From positions 10,079 to 57,714 of the forward strand of contig CAZFZP010000001.1 in NCBI GenBank assembly GCA_964523515.1: DNA of 47,636 nucleotides, given 5' to 3'. This DNA is from an uncultured Gammaproteobacteria bacterium. GTDB taxonomy: Bacteria > Patescibacteriota > Microgenomatia > Daviesbacterales > UBA10151. Of this stretch, positions 19,557 through 28,140 are shown in pieces; the first letter of the stretch is position 1; each line of letters begins with the position of its first letter. The notes beneath the pieces are model-generated. The model saw only the letters and a program-made list of their open reading frames with translations. It did no database searches and was not told the origin of the DNA. A program made the position numbers and the translations under genes.

Positions 19557-20827
19557 TTTCTAATCCTTCGGAATAAGTAAAACCCAGGAACTAATAAATT
19601 GAATAAGGATCCAATAAGAACTGCTAGTGCAGTACCTACTGCTTGGTATTGACTAATTAAATAGAATCCTACTGTTAACATGATTATGATATGACCAAAT
19701 GAAAGAAAAGTAAAGAATTTAGAGTCTGAAAAATAATACAAAATCGCATTATGAATAGGAATTGAGATTAAAAAAATAAGCATAGCCAACAGTAATATCA
19801 CAAAAATTGGAGCAGCAGCAATATATTCCTCTCCGTAGGTAAGCTGGATGATAAATGATGCAAATGGAATCAATAACAATGCAACAACCGAAGGGATTAT
19901 CACTAGTATTTGAGTCTTTTTGTAGTAACTTATCATTGAGCCTAAGGAGGAAAAATTTGAATACTTAGGAGAGAAGACTAGTCCGAGTGCAGATGCTAGT
20001 TGTGGAATGACGACTAGAAGCTGTGCCGCTGCCACATAAAATCCAAGTTGTTGTGTGTTAAGAATTCGTGCGCTAAGAAAGATATCGACTCTTGATGATA
20101 GAGCCGTAATTGCTATAAAGACCGCAGCCCATTTACTATAGTTGAAAAATTGGCTAATGGATTCGCTAGGTACCTTAACTGTTAGGATTTTGATAATTGG
20201 CATAAAACCTAGAGCTATAACAAACCCAAGAATAGGAAAAATTAAATAAGCTATCAGACTATTTAATATAGTTAACGATTGAGATGAAACTAGCAACCCA
20301 ATTAATATAAGTCTACCTAGGTTTAAGGAAATATTTAAGCCCCCCCAAGAAAGGAATCTTGATTTTGCTTGTAGATAAGAAGTTACATAAGAAAATAGAA
20401 GTGCTCCTATGACACCTAGACTTGCCAACCTTAATGGAAAAACTAAATCTGATTTATTAAATAATGTATTAGCTATTATGTCAGAGAGAAGATATCCAAT
20501 GACTGCTACTGTCAGAGATACTATAATTTTAGTGACTAAGCCTATTTTTAGAACTTCTCGCTCACTGTCGCTTCTTGCCTGTAATGAAGCGGCGAATTTC
20601 ACTATCGATGTATTAACTCCTAAATCTGCTATATCTGACATTAGTGTCAGAACAGTTATAGTCGTAATAAACAACCCAAAATTAACTGGACCTAAATATC
20701 TAGCTAAGACTGCAAAAAAAATAAAACCTAAAATCCCATTAATCATTGTAGCAATGACAGTAATCGAAGTTTGCCGGAAAGTTACAGTTTTTAGAAATTT
20801 AGAGAATTTTGGGAGATGTCTAACCAT
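19553..20827 (-). CDS. wzx: Wzx-type oligosaccharide flippase (MOP/polysaccharide biosynthesis protein family)
   Basis: 424 aa with about 12 hydrophobic segments. N-terminal pattern (ITVIATMINGILGFIFFAVLARYLGPVNFGLF) is typical of Wzx/RfbX-type proteins. Confidence 0.75.
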   Translation of the reverse strand: MVRHLPKFSKFLKTVTFRQTSITVIATMINGILGFIFFAVLARYLGPVNFGLFITTITVLTLMSDIADLGVNTSIVKFAASLQARSDSEREVLKIGLVTKIIVSLTVAVIGYLLSDIIANTLFNKSDLVFPLRLASLGVIGALLFSYVTSYLQAKSRFLSWGGLNISLNLGRLILIGLLVSSQSLTILNSLIAYLIFPILGFVIALGFMPIIKILTVKVPSESISQFFNYSKWAAVFIAITALSSRVDIFLSARILNTQQLGFYVAAAQLLVVIPQLASALGLVFSPKYSNFSSLGSMISYYKKTQILVIIPSVVALLLIPFASFIIQLTYGEEYIAAAPIFVILLLAMLIFLISIPIHNAILYYFSDSKFFTFLSFGHIIIMLTVGFYLISQYQAVGTALAVLIGSLFNLLVPGFYLFRRIRK

Positions 20828-20848
20828 CGATTTAATAATGGTATCAAT

Positions 20849-21040
20849 TTATGAGTATATAAAATAGCTGGCTTGTAGAGAAAATAATAGAAAATAAATC
20901 GTAAAACCCACCTCAATGGTTTTATCAGTTGATCCAGTGTCCCAGACCAACAACTGATCAACGAACAGAGCAATTGACATTAAAGCATACCAAACAAAAT
21001 TCTCCTCATTGTGGACAACAGTGTTAGAAACTATTCTCAT
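20849..21040 (-). pseudogene. Truncated 5' remnant of a GT2 gene paralogous to 18759..19556
   Basis: The 63-aa ORF MRIVSNTVVHNEENFVWYALMSIALFVDQLLVWDTGSTDKT... aligns without gaps to residues 1-42 of the 265-aa GT2 (MKIWAHTIVHNEEGFIWYAVMSVIDYVDKIIIYDTGSTDRT). By hand count 23 of 42 residues are identical. It then diverges and stops, and no frame continues the homology. The DxD half of the enzyme is absent. Confidence 0.55.
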
Positions 21041-21363
21041 TTGGACTTTTGATCGTTTTCTTTTTCAGTAATTAATTGAAATACTGTCAATACTAGACAT
21101 AAAAATACATAAACCCCAACCGCTCCCGCCACCTCAACACTAAAAATGGAGATTACCATGCTAATAAACAGCAATATAAAGCCGATTATTAATGGTGTTT
21201 GATGACGAAGACGGTGAAATCGATTAAATATTATCCATATAACAAAGATGGCGATATAGATAACAGTCAACATGCTCATACTGTAGTATAGTTCCTCTAC
21301 CAAAGAGACTAATTTATCAATGATAATACTTAACATATCCCCTCCTAAGAATAAGGAATCCAA
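21037..21363 (-). CDS. Small hypothetical membrane protein (about 3 TM)
   Basis: 108-aa ORF with three hydrophobic segments and a charged C-terminus (EKENDQKSK). The annotated start overlaps the 1163-aa gene by 47 nt. Internal starts at about 21336 or 21279 are possible. The stop forms an ATGA overlap with the GT2 remnant's start (21037..21040). Confidence 0.45.
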   Translation of the reverse strand: MDSLFLGGDMLSIIIDKLVSLVEELYYSMSMLTVIYIAIFVIWIIFNRFHRLRHQTPLIIGFILLFISMVISIFSVEVAGAVGVYVFLCLVLTVFQLITEKENDQKSK

Positions 21364-24300
21364 TAGATAATATAATAGCTATAACTGATAATAATTTTCC
21401 CAGACTAAACACACCTTCTGACTCATACTCTAAAAACATTTCGTAGTCACCTTGTTTATCAATATACCAAGCGTTTGCATAGCCATTAATCAACGTATGA
21501 TCGCTTGCGTCAACTTTGACCCCCCCTATACTACCAGTTAGTTTTCCCCAAATACTGATAACATTTCTTTCTTGGTAGTAAGCATGCCAAAGAGGATTGA
21601 AGGTGGTAGATAATACCAAGAAATAAGGATCGGTAGCATTTTTTACACTAACACTGTATCTTGCTGAACTAATTTTGTTAAAACTAACTTGTGGTGGTGT
21701 TGACGTTGCTAAATTTGTCCCCACCTCTCTCAATATTACCGGATTAGAAAAGACCTTTTCTATCTTTAGATTGCGAATCCTCGAAGTAGAGTCTCTTAAA
21801 AATTTCCTGTTAAAAGAATTATCTTCACAATATCTGCGATATGCTCTTTGTACCACAGCCTTACAATCCCCATAAGGCAAGATCTTAAAAACAATATTGT
21901 GTTCCTTAGCAGATAATGTTGGATTAAAATAGGCCGAATACTTTTTCCACCCAAAGTCATAATCGCTTCGACCTAGAGCTATTCCAAATTTAGGAATCTT
22001 TTCCCCTTTTTTGTCTATTTCATCCACATCCGTGTGTATCAACATCACTGGGACATTACCTTTCTCCGCTAAATATTCAAATGAAATCTGGTAAGTATAG
22101 TTACTATCTAGTTTAGATACCGGGATCGTTTTTACTAAGGGCTTTTTATCTTGCGAGGATAAAACCAACTCCTCCGGCAACTGTTCAGCGACTAGATTAA
22201 TGAGGTTAGGTTTAAGGAAACTAACTTCATGTGTCCCTTTTTTAAAATCATAAACTCCCAATGAAATATTATTTCCCTGAGATGAATAATTCGCTTGACT
22301 GGATAAATAGGTCTTTCCATCAACATCAAATTCGAGAATTGTTACATCCCGGTAATATTTTTCCCACCTATCTTTCGAAATTAGAATCTCATATTTTGAA
22401 TCACGAGGAGTATAAAAACGATGGATAACTTCTTTGTCAGTTAGAAAAACTGATTTAACCCTTAGGTCAACAAATAATTTATCATGTTCAGAGATTAACT
22501 GTTGTATTACATCTTTAGAGACACTATTTTTTCTTAAATCCTCCAAGGCTTTTTTTTGTCCAATTAACTTATATACTATATCTTTATCTTTGGAACCACT
22601 GCTTATTAGCTCTTGTGAGACAGATTGAAAAAGAGATTTATATTCATTAACTGCTGTTAAATCCTGCGGATCATGACTCATCTCAACAACTCTTTTTCCA
22701 AGCAAGTTAACCTTAAAATACAGCTGCACACTTTGAGCCTGAAGTTGCGCCTCTATCTCTTCTTTCAGTCTGACCAAGGCATAAAAAGGGGTACCTCGAT
22801 AAACGTTGACAAAGGGAAGGTCTTCAATCGAATTTAGTGCCTCCATATTTAGATTTTCTACTCGCAAACCTTTTATTATAATCTTATTTGATAAATCCAT
22901 ATACTTATCGTGATCAGGACTTTTGGTTGTGGTAATAAAAATATCTTTTGTTTTGGGCATAGAAGAGGGTAACATGCTAATACCGTTGCCCTCAGGATCA
23001 TACAGATATGTTGGTGAGGTACTGGCAAAAATCTTAGGGTAAAAATTATCTGGCTTAATTTCAAAAATCTTCAACTTACCAAACTCAGCTGCCAGCGTAA
23101 AATGATCCTTCAGATTAGATTCAATACTGCTAAGTATTGTCGCAGGTGACTCTGTAGCCCGAGCTATATAATCGATATCATCTCTGACCATCAGATACTT
23201 TACGTTTAACATTTGAGCTAGAACCCAAAACTGGTCTGGATATCTGGCAAACAGTTCATTAATACTAGCGACCATTTCTGGAAGAAACACCTGGCCAGTG
23301 TTAAAGGATATCATGGGTTGGTTAAAAAGCGTGTTCGACAACTCAACGCCAGAAAATCCATACTCCCAGTTATACGTCATTCCTTCACCGTTAATTGGAA
23401 ATACCAAAACCCTAAATAAATTATTTTGGCTATCTAACCAATTTTGTGCGTCCTCGTAATATTTGGGTACTTTTACGTATTGACCAATATTCATATCCTC
23501 CGCTGGTTTACCACCACCAGTAAATACCAATCCGGTAACAATTGGGAACATATAAATTGGGAATATTATAATGAGGATAATTGTAATCAGAACTCTGTAA
23601 AATTTTACTCTGGCTTTTAAAAAACCAGCTACTAGATCTATCCCAAAACCAACGGGAATAGCCATTACAATCGGGAGCAATAGACCCACTTTTTCGTAAG
23701 AGTTTCTAAATACCTGCAGAGGGGTGAAAACCTGCATCAAAACTAGAGACAACTCCCCAAAGGGTGGAAGGGTACCTTTCATAAAAAACATTGTTATTAG
23801 CGATAAGACAATAAAATATACAAATAAAACATCTTTTTTAAATCGAAATAAACTAACCATAAAAGCAGTAATAAAGAAGAAGCTTAAAACTGTAAATACC
23901 GGAGTGTAATAGATCCAACCCCAAACACTACCATCACTAACGTAAAACCTGACTGGAAACAACCTAAAAACACTGAGGACTGATCCTAGATTATCACTTA
24001 TTATTTTAAATGTTTCAACGTTTCCAAATGAATCAAAGTATTTGAGACTGGTAGTAGAAGCTGCTGGAGTCAGATATGACATAAAAAGGGGTAACAACCA
24101 CCAGAGATGCACTACAAAAAAAATGATTCCAAACAATATAAAATATAGAAAAGGGTAAAAGTTAAGTTTTTCTATTCTGGATTTTAAAACATACACCAGG
24201 CTTAACAATCCAATTATTAAGAAAAATGTTTCAAATAAGGCTAGCGTAACAAAGGCATAACTAAATAAAACCGATATTAGACTTAAAATTAATAAATGTC

Positions 24301-24808
24301 CCAGGCTTCTTTTACGTAAGCCACTATCATATATCAAGATAGCCAAAGGAATAAATCCATAAAAAAACAACATTGGGTATTGCATTCTATGCAACACCGC
24401 AACATGCACAATCGGGTTTAAAATATAGAAAAGTGTTGCAGATACTCTGACCAAATAATTGTTACCCGGGATTAAAGATGTAAGCTTATGAATTGAAAGT
24501 GCTCCACAAACAAATATTAGCCAATACAAAGAAGCTTGGAGAATAAAAGCTGGAACACCTAAATTGGTAAAGAAAGTTAAGGTAATATAGAGAGGGTAGC
24601 TAGCATAACCTATCGCACTACTTGTGCCCAATGGAACATCCGACCAACTACTCTGAATATCATCTAGGAGCCTCGAGGGATTATAAAAAGGAAGCCCTGA
24701 TTCGCCTGAACCAAGTATTAACCCCTTATGAAACCAGATAACAACCAAAAGAGTTACTAGTGCCACCAAAGTTACTCTCTCTTGGAACATGTGTATTTTC
24801 CTAAACAC
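21317..24808 (-). CDS. Giant (1163 aa) membrane protein: N-terminal polytopic GT-C-like module (YfhO/AftD-like), about 700-aa extracytoplasmic region, and C-terminal TM anchor
   Basis: The first 430 aa or so contain about 13 hydrophobic segments, with an acidic loop after TM1 (GSGESGLPFYNPSRLLDD). A long hydrophilic region follows. It ends in a single helix, LLSVIAIILSIGFLILRR. This architecture resembles the YfhO and AftD/DUF3367 families as I recall them. The coding call is certain. The family assignment is tentative. Confidence 0.55.
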   Translation of the reverse strand: MFRKIHMFQERVTLVALVTLLVVIWFHKGLILGSGESGLPFYNPSRLLDDIQSSWSDVPLGTSSAIGYASYPLYITLTFFTNLGVPAFILQASLYWLIFVCGALSIHKLTSLIPGNNYLVRVSATLFYILNPIVHVAVLHRMQYPMLFFYGFIPLAILIYDSGLRKRSLGHLLILSLISVLFSYAFVTLALFETFFLIIGLLSLVYVLKSRIEKLNFYPFLYFILFGIIFFVVHLWWLLPLFMSYLTPAASTTSLKYFDSFGNVETFKIISDNLGSVLSVFRLFPVRFYVSDGSVWGWIYYTPVFTVLSFFFITAFMVSLFRFKKDVLFVYFIVLSLITMFFMKGTLPPFGELSLVLMQVFTPLQVFRNSYEKVGLLLPIVMAIPVGFGIDLVAGFLKARVKFYRVLITIILIIIFPIYMFPIVTGLVFTGGGKPAEDMNIGQYVKVPKYYEDAQNWLDSQNNLFRVLVFPINGEGMTYNWEYGFSGVELSNTLFNQPMISFNTGQVFLPEMVASINELFARYPDQFWVLAQMLNVKYLMVRDDIDYIARATESPATILSSIESNLKDHFTLAAEFGKLKIFEIKPDNFYPKIFASTSPTYLYDPEGNGISMLPSSMPKTKDIFITTTKSPDHDKYMDLSNKIIIKGLRVENLNMEALNSIEDLPFVNVYRGTPFYALVRLKEEIEAQLQAQSVQLYFKVNLLGKRVVEMSHDPQDLTAVNEYKSLFQSVSQELISSGSKDKDIVYKLIGQKKALEDLRKNSVSKDVIQQLISEHDKLFVDLRVKSVFLTDKEVIHRFYTPRDSKYEILISKDRWEKYYRDVTILEFDVDGKTYLSSQANYSSQGNNISLGVYDFKKGTHEVSFLKPNLINLVAEQLPEELVLSSQDKKPLVKTIPVSKLDSNYTYQISFEYLAEKGNVPVMLIHTDVDEIDKKGEKIPKFGIALGRSDYDFGWKKYSAYFNPTLSAKEHNIVFKILPYGDCKAVVQRAYRRYCEDNSFNRKFLRDSTSRIRNLKIEKVFSNPVILREVGTNLATSTPPQVSFNKISSARYSVSVKNATDPYFLVLSTTFNPLWHAYYQERNVISIWGKLTGSIGGVKVDASDHTLINGYANAWYIDKQGDYEMFLEYESEGVFSLGKLLSVIAIILSIGFLILRRGYVKYYH

Positions 24809-25898
24809 TATAGCTAATTACCTCCTTTTTTAATGATTCATCCCTCAGAAGAAGCGGGGTAATTTTGTTTTGGGCTTTTTTAAGGTAACGGTAGAAATCA
24901 AAGATAGATCCCTTAAAAAAAATTTTCCCAAATAAGTATTTATCCGAAACTCTTCTCACCTTAGTTTGAATTATACTTCTTTTCTCCAGAGTTTCTGGCA
25001 AATGCTTAAAACTCCAATATAGCACTTGAATCCAACCCACCATGGCTTTAGAATCTCCTTTTAAAAGCAATACCAGCGCACGCAGTGAATAAATTATCAA
25101 AAATTGAGGCAGATAAACAATTAGTGAATTTAAACTATAATTCTTAATAAAAACATTCAGCATTCGACCATAGAAAAATTCCCATTTAGTATTCTGCCTG
25201 CCCTCTTTCAAGGACCAGTGATATATCTTTGCGTTAGGAACTAGCACTATTCTAAATCCTGCTAACCAAACCCGCCAATTCATATCAAGATCATAAATTA
25301 ACGCATCAATATCCTCATCAAACATCCCAGCTATCGTAAATACCTCCTTGCGTACCACCAAACCTTCAAAACCATTAAAAGTCTCGACTGGTTTTTGATA
25401 TTTTATACCATCCTTCTTGCCAAGATCTAGAGATACTATCCAACCTGTCTCACGCATCAGATAATGTCTGTACACCTGAATTAGGTTGTGTTGATGAAAA
25501 TCATAAAATTTAGCAATAACTCCACCTACCGATCTATCCGACTTTAAAAGATATCTTACTAACTCTTTCAGCCAGTTAGGGTCAAGTGTCATGTCACAGG
25601 CGACAAATGCAACTAGATCTCCTTTACTTGTTTTGATTCCTAAATTTAGAGATTTTGTCGAACCAAGCCTGTTGGTGTTTTCGATGATTATCCACCTTTT
25701 ATCCTTACTAACTATTTTTCTAGTGATCTGTACACCGTTATCTCCGCAAGGGTCAAAAACAATAATTACTTCATAATTGGAATACCTAGTCTTCTGAAGG
25801 CTTTTTATAAGATTACCAATTAGATACTCTGACCTAAAGGCAGGAATAATAATACTCACCAGAGGATCCTTTATTTTCATAACATTAATATAAAACAA
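24801..25898 (-). CDS. Glycosyltransferase family 2 with C-terminal membrane segments
   Basis: 365 aa. Motifs: VSIIIPAF, IIVFDPCGDNG, and MFDEDIDALIYDLDMNWRVWLAGFRIVLVPNAKIYHW, followed by a hydrophobic stretch (LIVYLPQFLIIYSLRALVLLL). Paralog of 28141..29175. Confidence 0.8.
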   Translation of the reverse strand: MFYINVMKIKDPLVSIIIPAFRSEYLIGNLIKSLQKTRYSNYEVIIVFDPCGDNGVQITRKIVSKDKRWIIIENTNRLGSTKSLNLGIKTSKGDLVAFVACDMTLDPNWLKELVRYLLKSDRSVGGVIAKFYDFHQHNLIQVYRHYLMRETGWIVSLDLGKKDGIKYQKPVETFNGFEGLVVRKEVFTIAGMFDEDIDALIYDLDMNWRVWLAGFRIVLVPNAKIYHWSLKEGRQNTKWEFFYGRMLNVFIKNYSLNSLIVYLPQFLIIYSLRALVLLLKGDSKAMVGWIQVLYWSFKHLPETLEKRSIIQTKVRRVSDKYLFGKIFFKGSIFDFYRYLKKAQNKITPLLLRDESLKKEVISYSV

Positions 25899-25913
25899 AG
25901 AGCTCTATATAAT

Positions 25914-27098
25914 CTACTGATTTGTAAAAACATCTATTATTGTCTTTATTTCTTTTTTAGTTAAATCAGGATTATTACCAACATAAAGACCTTGATTATG
26001 AATTAATTTAGCATTTGGAGTACTTGAGATATTTTGAAAATGAGGCAGGTATTTATTAAAAAAAGGTTGCACAGTCATATCACCACCTACGATTGGGCGA
26101 ATTTCAATTTTTCCTTGACAGTTCTTTATTAATTTTTCAAGTCCGCTTTTAGAACGGCAAATCACCGGGAAAGCAAAATTAGAGATAATATCTAGCTGAG
26201 CAAACCGGAGAGGGTAATATAGATCAGTTAATTTATATACTTCGTCTGCAATCATTTGAAAATTCCTTTTCCTTTTTTCTATTATTTCATCCAAATATTT
26301 AAGCTGAGTATTTCCTAAAAATGCAGTTATTTCAGTTGGGCGTAGATTATATCCCAGATCATAAAATGTATACATTGCATAAAACGACGAATCTACCCGA
26401 TAATTTTTTCTGATAACAGATTGCTCATCTAATCCTATGTTTCTATCCCAACCATGTGCCCGAACCAATCTTAGCATGATAGCTAGTTGATCACTGTCCG
26501 TACAGACTGCTCCCCCTTCTATGGTTGACAGGTGGTGACCGACATAAAATGAAAATGTACTAGCTAAGCCAAAATTGCCAAGTTTTTTACCTTTATAAAC
26601 AGATCCCAGTCCCTCACAGTTGTCTTCGATTAAAATTATTTTTCTTTTTTTACATATTTTCACAATTTCATCAATATCATCACAAAATCCCAGAAGGTTA
26701 GTTAAAAAGAATAATTTAAGCGGATACTTTTCCAGAATATCAGTAAATTTCCGACTGGAAACATTTAATGTATCTAGTTCCACATCCACCGGTACAACAT
26801 TTAGCCCTAACTCAATTAGAGGCATCAGATTAGTTGCCCAAGTAAGAGCCGAAAAGGCTGAGTGATCGCCCTTTTGAATTTGTCCTAAATTTAGTAAAGC
26901 TTGGATAAGGCCCAAATTAGCAGAGCTACCGCTATTAAAAAATATGCAATGTTTCCTATTTTGATATTTAGCAAATCTCTCTTCAAATTTTTTACACTCT
27001 ACCCCAAAACTTAACTGCTTCGCCGAAGTAATAAATTTACTAAGGTTTCTTTTTGTTTCCATCTCTTTATAAAATGTTGTCTTAATTAATTTAATCAT
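25914..27098 (-). CDS. colD: DegT/ColD-family PLP/PMP enzyme with active-site Lys replaced by His: candidate GDP-4-keto-6-deoxy-D-mannose 3-dehydratase (ColD-like)
   Basis: 394 aa. Motifs: FNSGSSANL, IEDNCEGLG, and FSFYVGHHLSTIEGG. Where the true aminotransferase in this window (42627..43736) has FSFYPTKNMTTGEGG, this protein has His (residue 188 by my count, codon CAC at 26535..26537). This is the hallmark of ColD/E1 3-dehydratases. It lies 4 bp downstream of gmd. Confidence 0.7.
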   Translation of the reverse strand: MIKLIKTTFYKEMETKRNLSKFITSAKQLSFGVECKKFEERFAKYQNRKHCIFFNSGSSANLGLIQALLNLGQIQKGDHSAFSALTWATNLMPLIELGLNVVPVDVELDTLNVSSRKFTDILEKYPLKLFFLTNLLGFCDDIDEIVKICKKRKIILIEDNCEGLGSVYKGKKLGNFGLASTFSFYVGHHLSTIEGGAVCTDSDQLAIMLRLVRAHGWDRNIGLDEQSVIRKNYRVDSSFYAMYTFYDLGYNLRPTEITAFLGNTQLKYLDEIIEKRKRNFQMIADEVYKLTDLYYPLRFAQLDIISNFAFPVICRSKSGLEKLIKNCQGKIEIRPIVGGDMTVQPFFNKYLPHFQNISSTPNAKLIHNQGLYVGNNPDLTKKEIKTIIDVFTNQ

Positions 27099-27102
27099 TG
27101 TA

Positions 27103-28119
27103 TTATTTTATCTGTTTATTTACTCCGGATTGTTTAAGGTCAGAGTTGAGCATAATCCTAACTAACTCTTTGAATTTTACTCTTGGTTCCCAACCTAATA
27201 TCTCTTTGGCTTTTTTGGCATCACCCATTAGTACATCAACCTCTGTTGGACGAAAATATCTAGGATCAATTTTAACGTAGCGCTTCCAGTTAAGACCCAC
27301 CAAACTAAAAGCCAATTCGACAAACTCACGAACTGTATGCGTCTCACCGGTAGCAATTACAAAATCATCTGGTTTGTTTTGTTGAAGCATCATCCAAGCA
27401 GCTTGCATATATTCTTTAGCAAAACCCCAATCCCTTTTCGAATCCAAATTTCCCAAATAGAGTTTATCTTGTTTCCCAGACATTATATTTGCGATTGCCT
27501 TAGTGACTTTTCTTGTTACAAAGGTTTCTCCCCGACGAGGTGATTCATGATTGAATAATATGCCTGACACAGCAAAGATGTTATAACTTTCGCGATAATT
27601 TACTGTCATATGGTGGCCCATTAATTTGGCTATTCCATAAGGACTCCGTGGATTAAATGCAGTTTGTTCATTTTGGGGTGCAGGTGAGCTACCAAACATC
27701 TCACTACTTGAGGCCTGGTAATATTTTGTTTTCAAGTCTAATATTCTAATCGCTTCAAGTACCCGTAAGGCACCCAACCCAACTGAGTTAACGGTGTATT
27801 CAGGAATATCAAAACTAACTCTTACATGACTTTGAGCAGCTAAATTATATATCTCATCTGGATGAACCTTTTCCAAAAGTGTGATGATTGATCCTGTGTC
27901 AGTTATATCACCAAAATGCAACAAAAGTTTCGCACGAGACTCATGAGGATCTTTGAATAAATGTTCAATCCTATTTGTATTGAATGTACTTGCTCGGCGG
28001 ATGACGCCATGAACTTCGTATCCCTCACGAAGAAGTAGCTCTGCTAAATAAGAGCCATCTTGTCCAGTTATTCCAGTTATTAAAGCAACTTTTTTTTTAT
28101 TTTTCTTAAGTTTATTCAT
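27103..28119 (-). CDS. gmd: GDP-mannose 4,6-dehydratase
   Basis: 338 aa, near-colinear with E. coli Gmd as I remember it. Matching segments: [108 protein letters not shown], and [11 protein letters not shown]. Confidence 0.93.
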   Translation of the reverse strand: MNKLKKNKKKVALITGITGQDGSYLAELLLREGYEVHGVIRRASTFNTNRIEHLFKDPHESRAKLLLHFGDITDTGSIITLLEKVHPDEIYNLAAQSHVRVSFDIPEYTVNSVGLGALRVLEAIRILDLKTKYYQASSSEMFGSSPAPQNEQTAFNPRSPYGIAKLMGHHMTVNYRESYNIFAVSGILFNHESPRRGETFVTRKVTKAIANIMSGKQDKLYLGNLDSKRDWGFAKEYMQAAWMMLQQNKPDDFVIATGETHTVREFVELAFSLVGLNWKRYVKIDPRYFRPTEVDVLMGDAKKAKEILGWEPRVKFKELVRIMLNSDLKQSGVNKQIK

Positions 28120-28140
28120 GATACAACTTTACAATACTAA

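Noticed and set aside
25914-27098. Calling this DegT-family protein an aminotransferase, for example a GDP-perosamine synthase next to gmd.
   Set aside because: The Schiff-base lysine position is occupied by His (FYVGHHLSTIEGG versus FYPTKNMTTGEGG in the paralog). This fits the ColD/E1 dehydratase subclass instead. A proper alignment is still needed.
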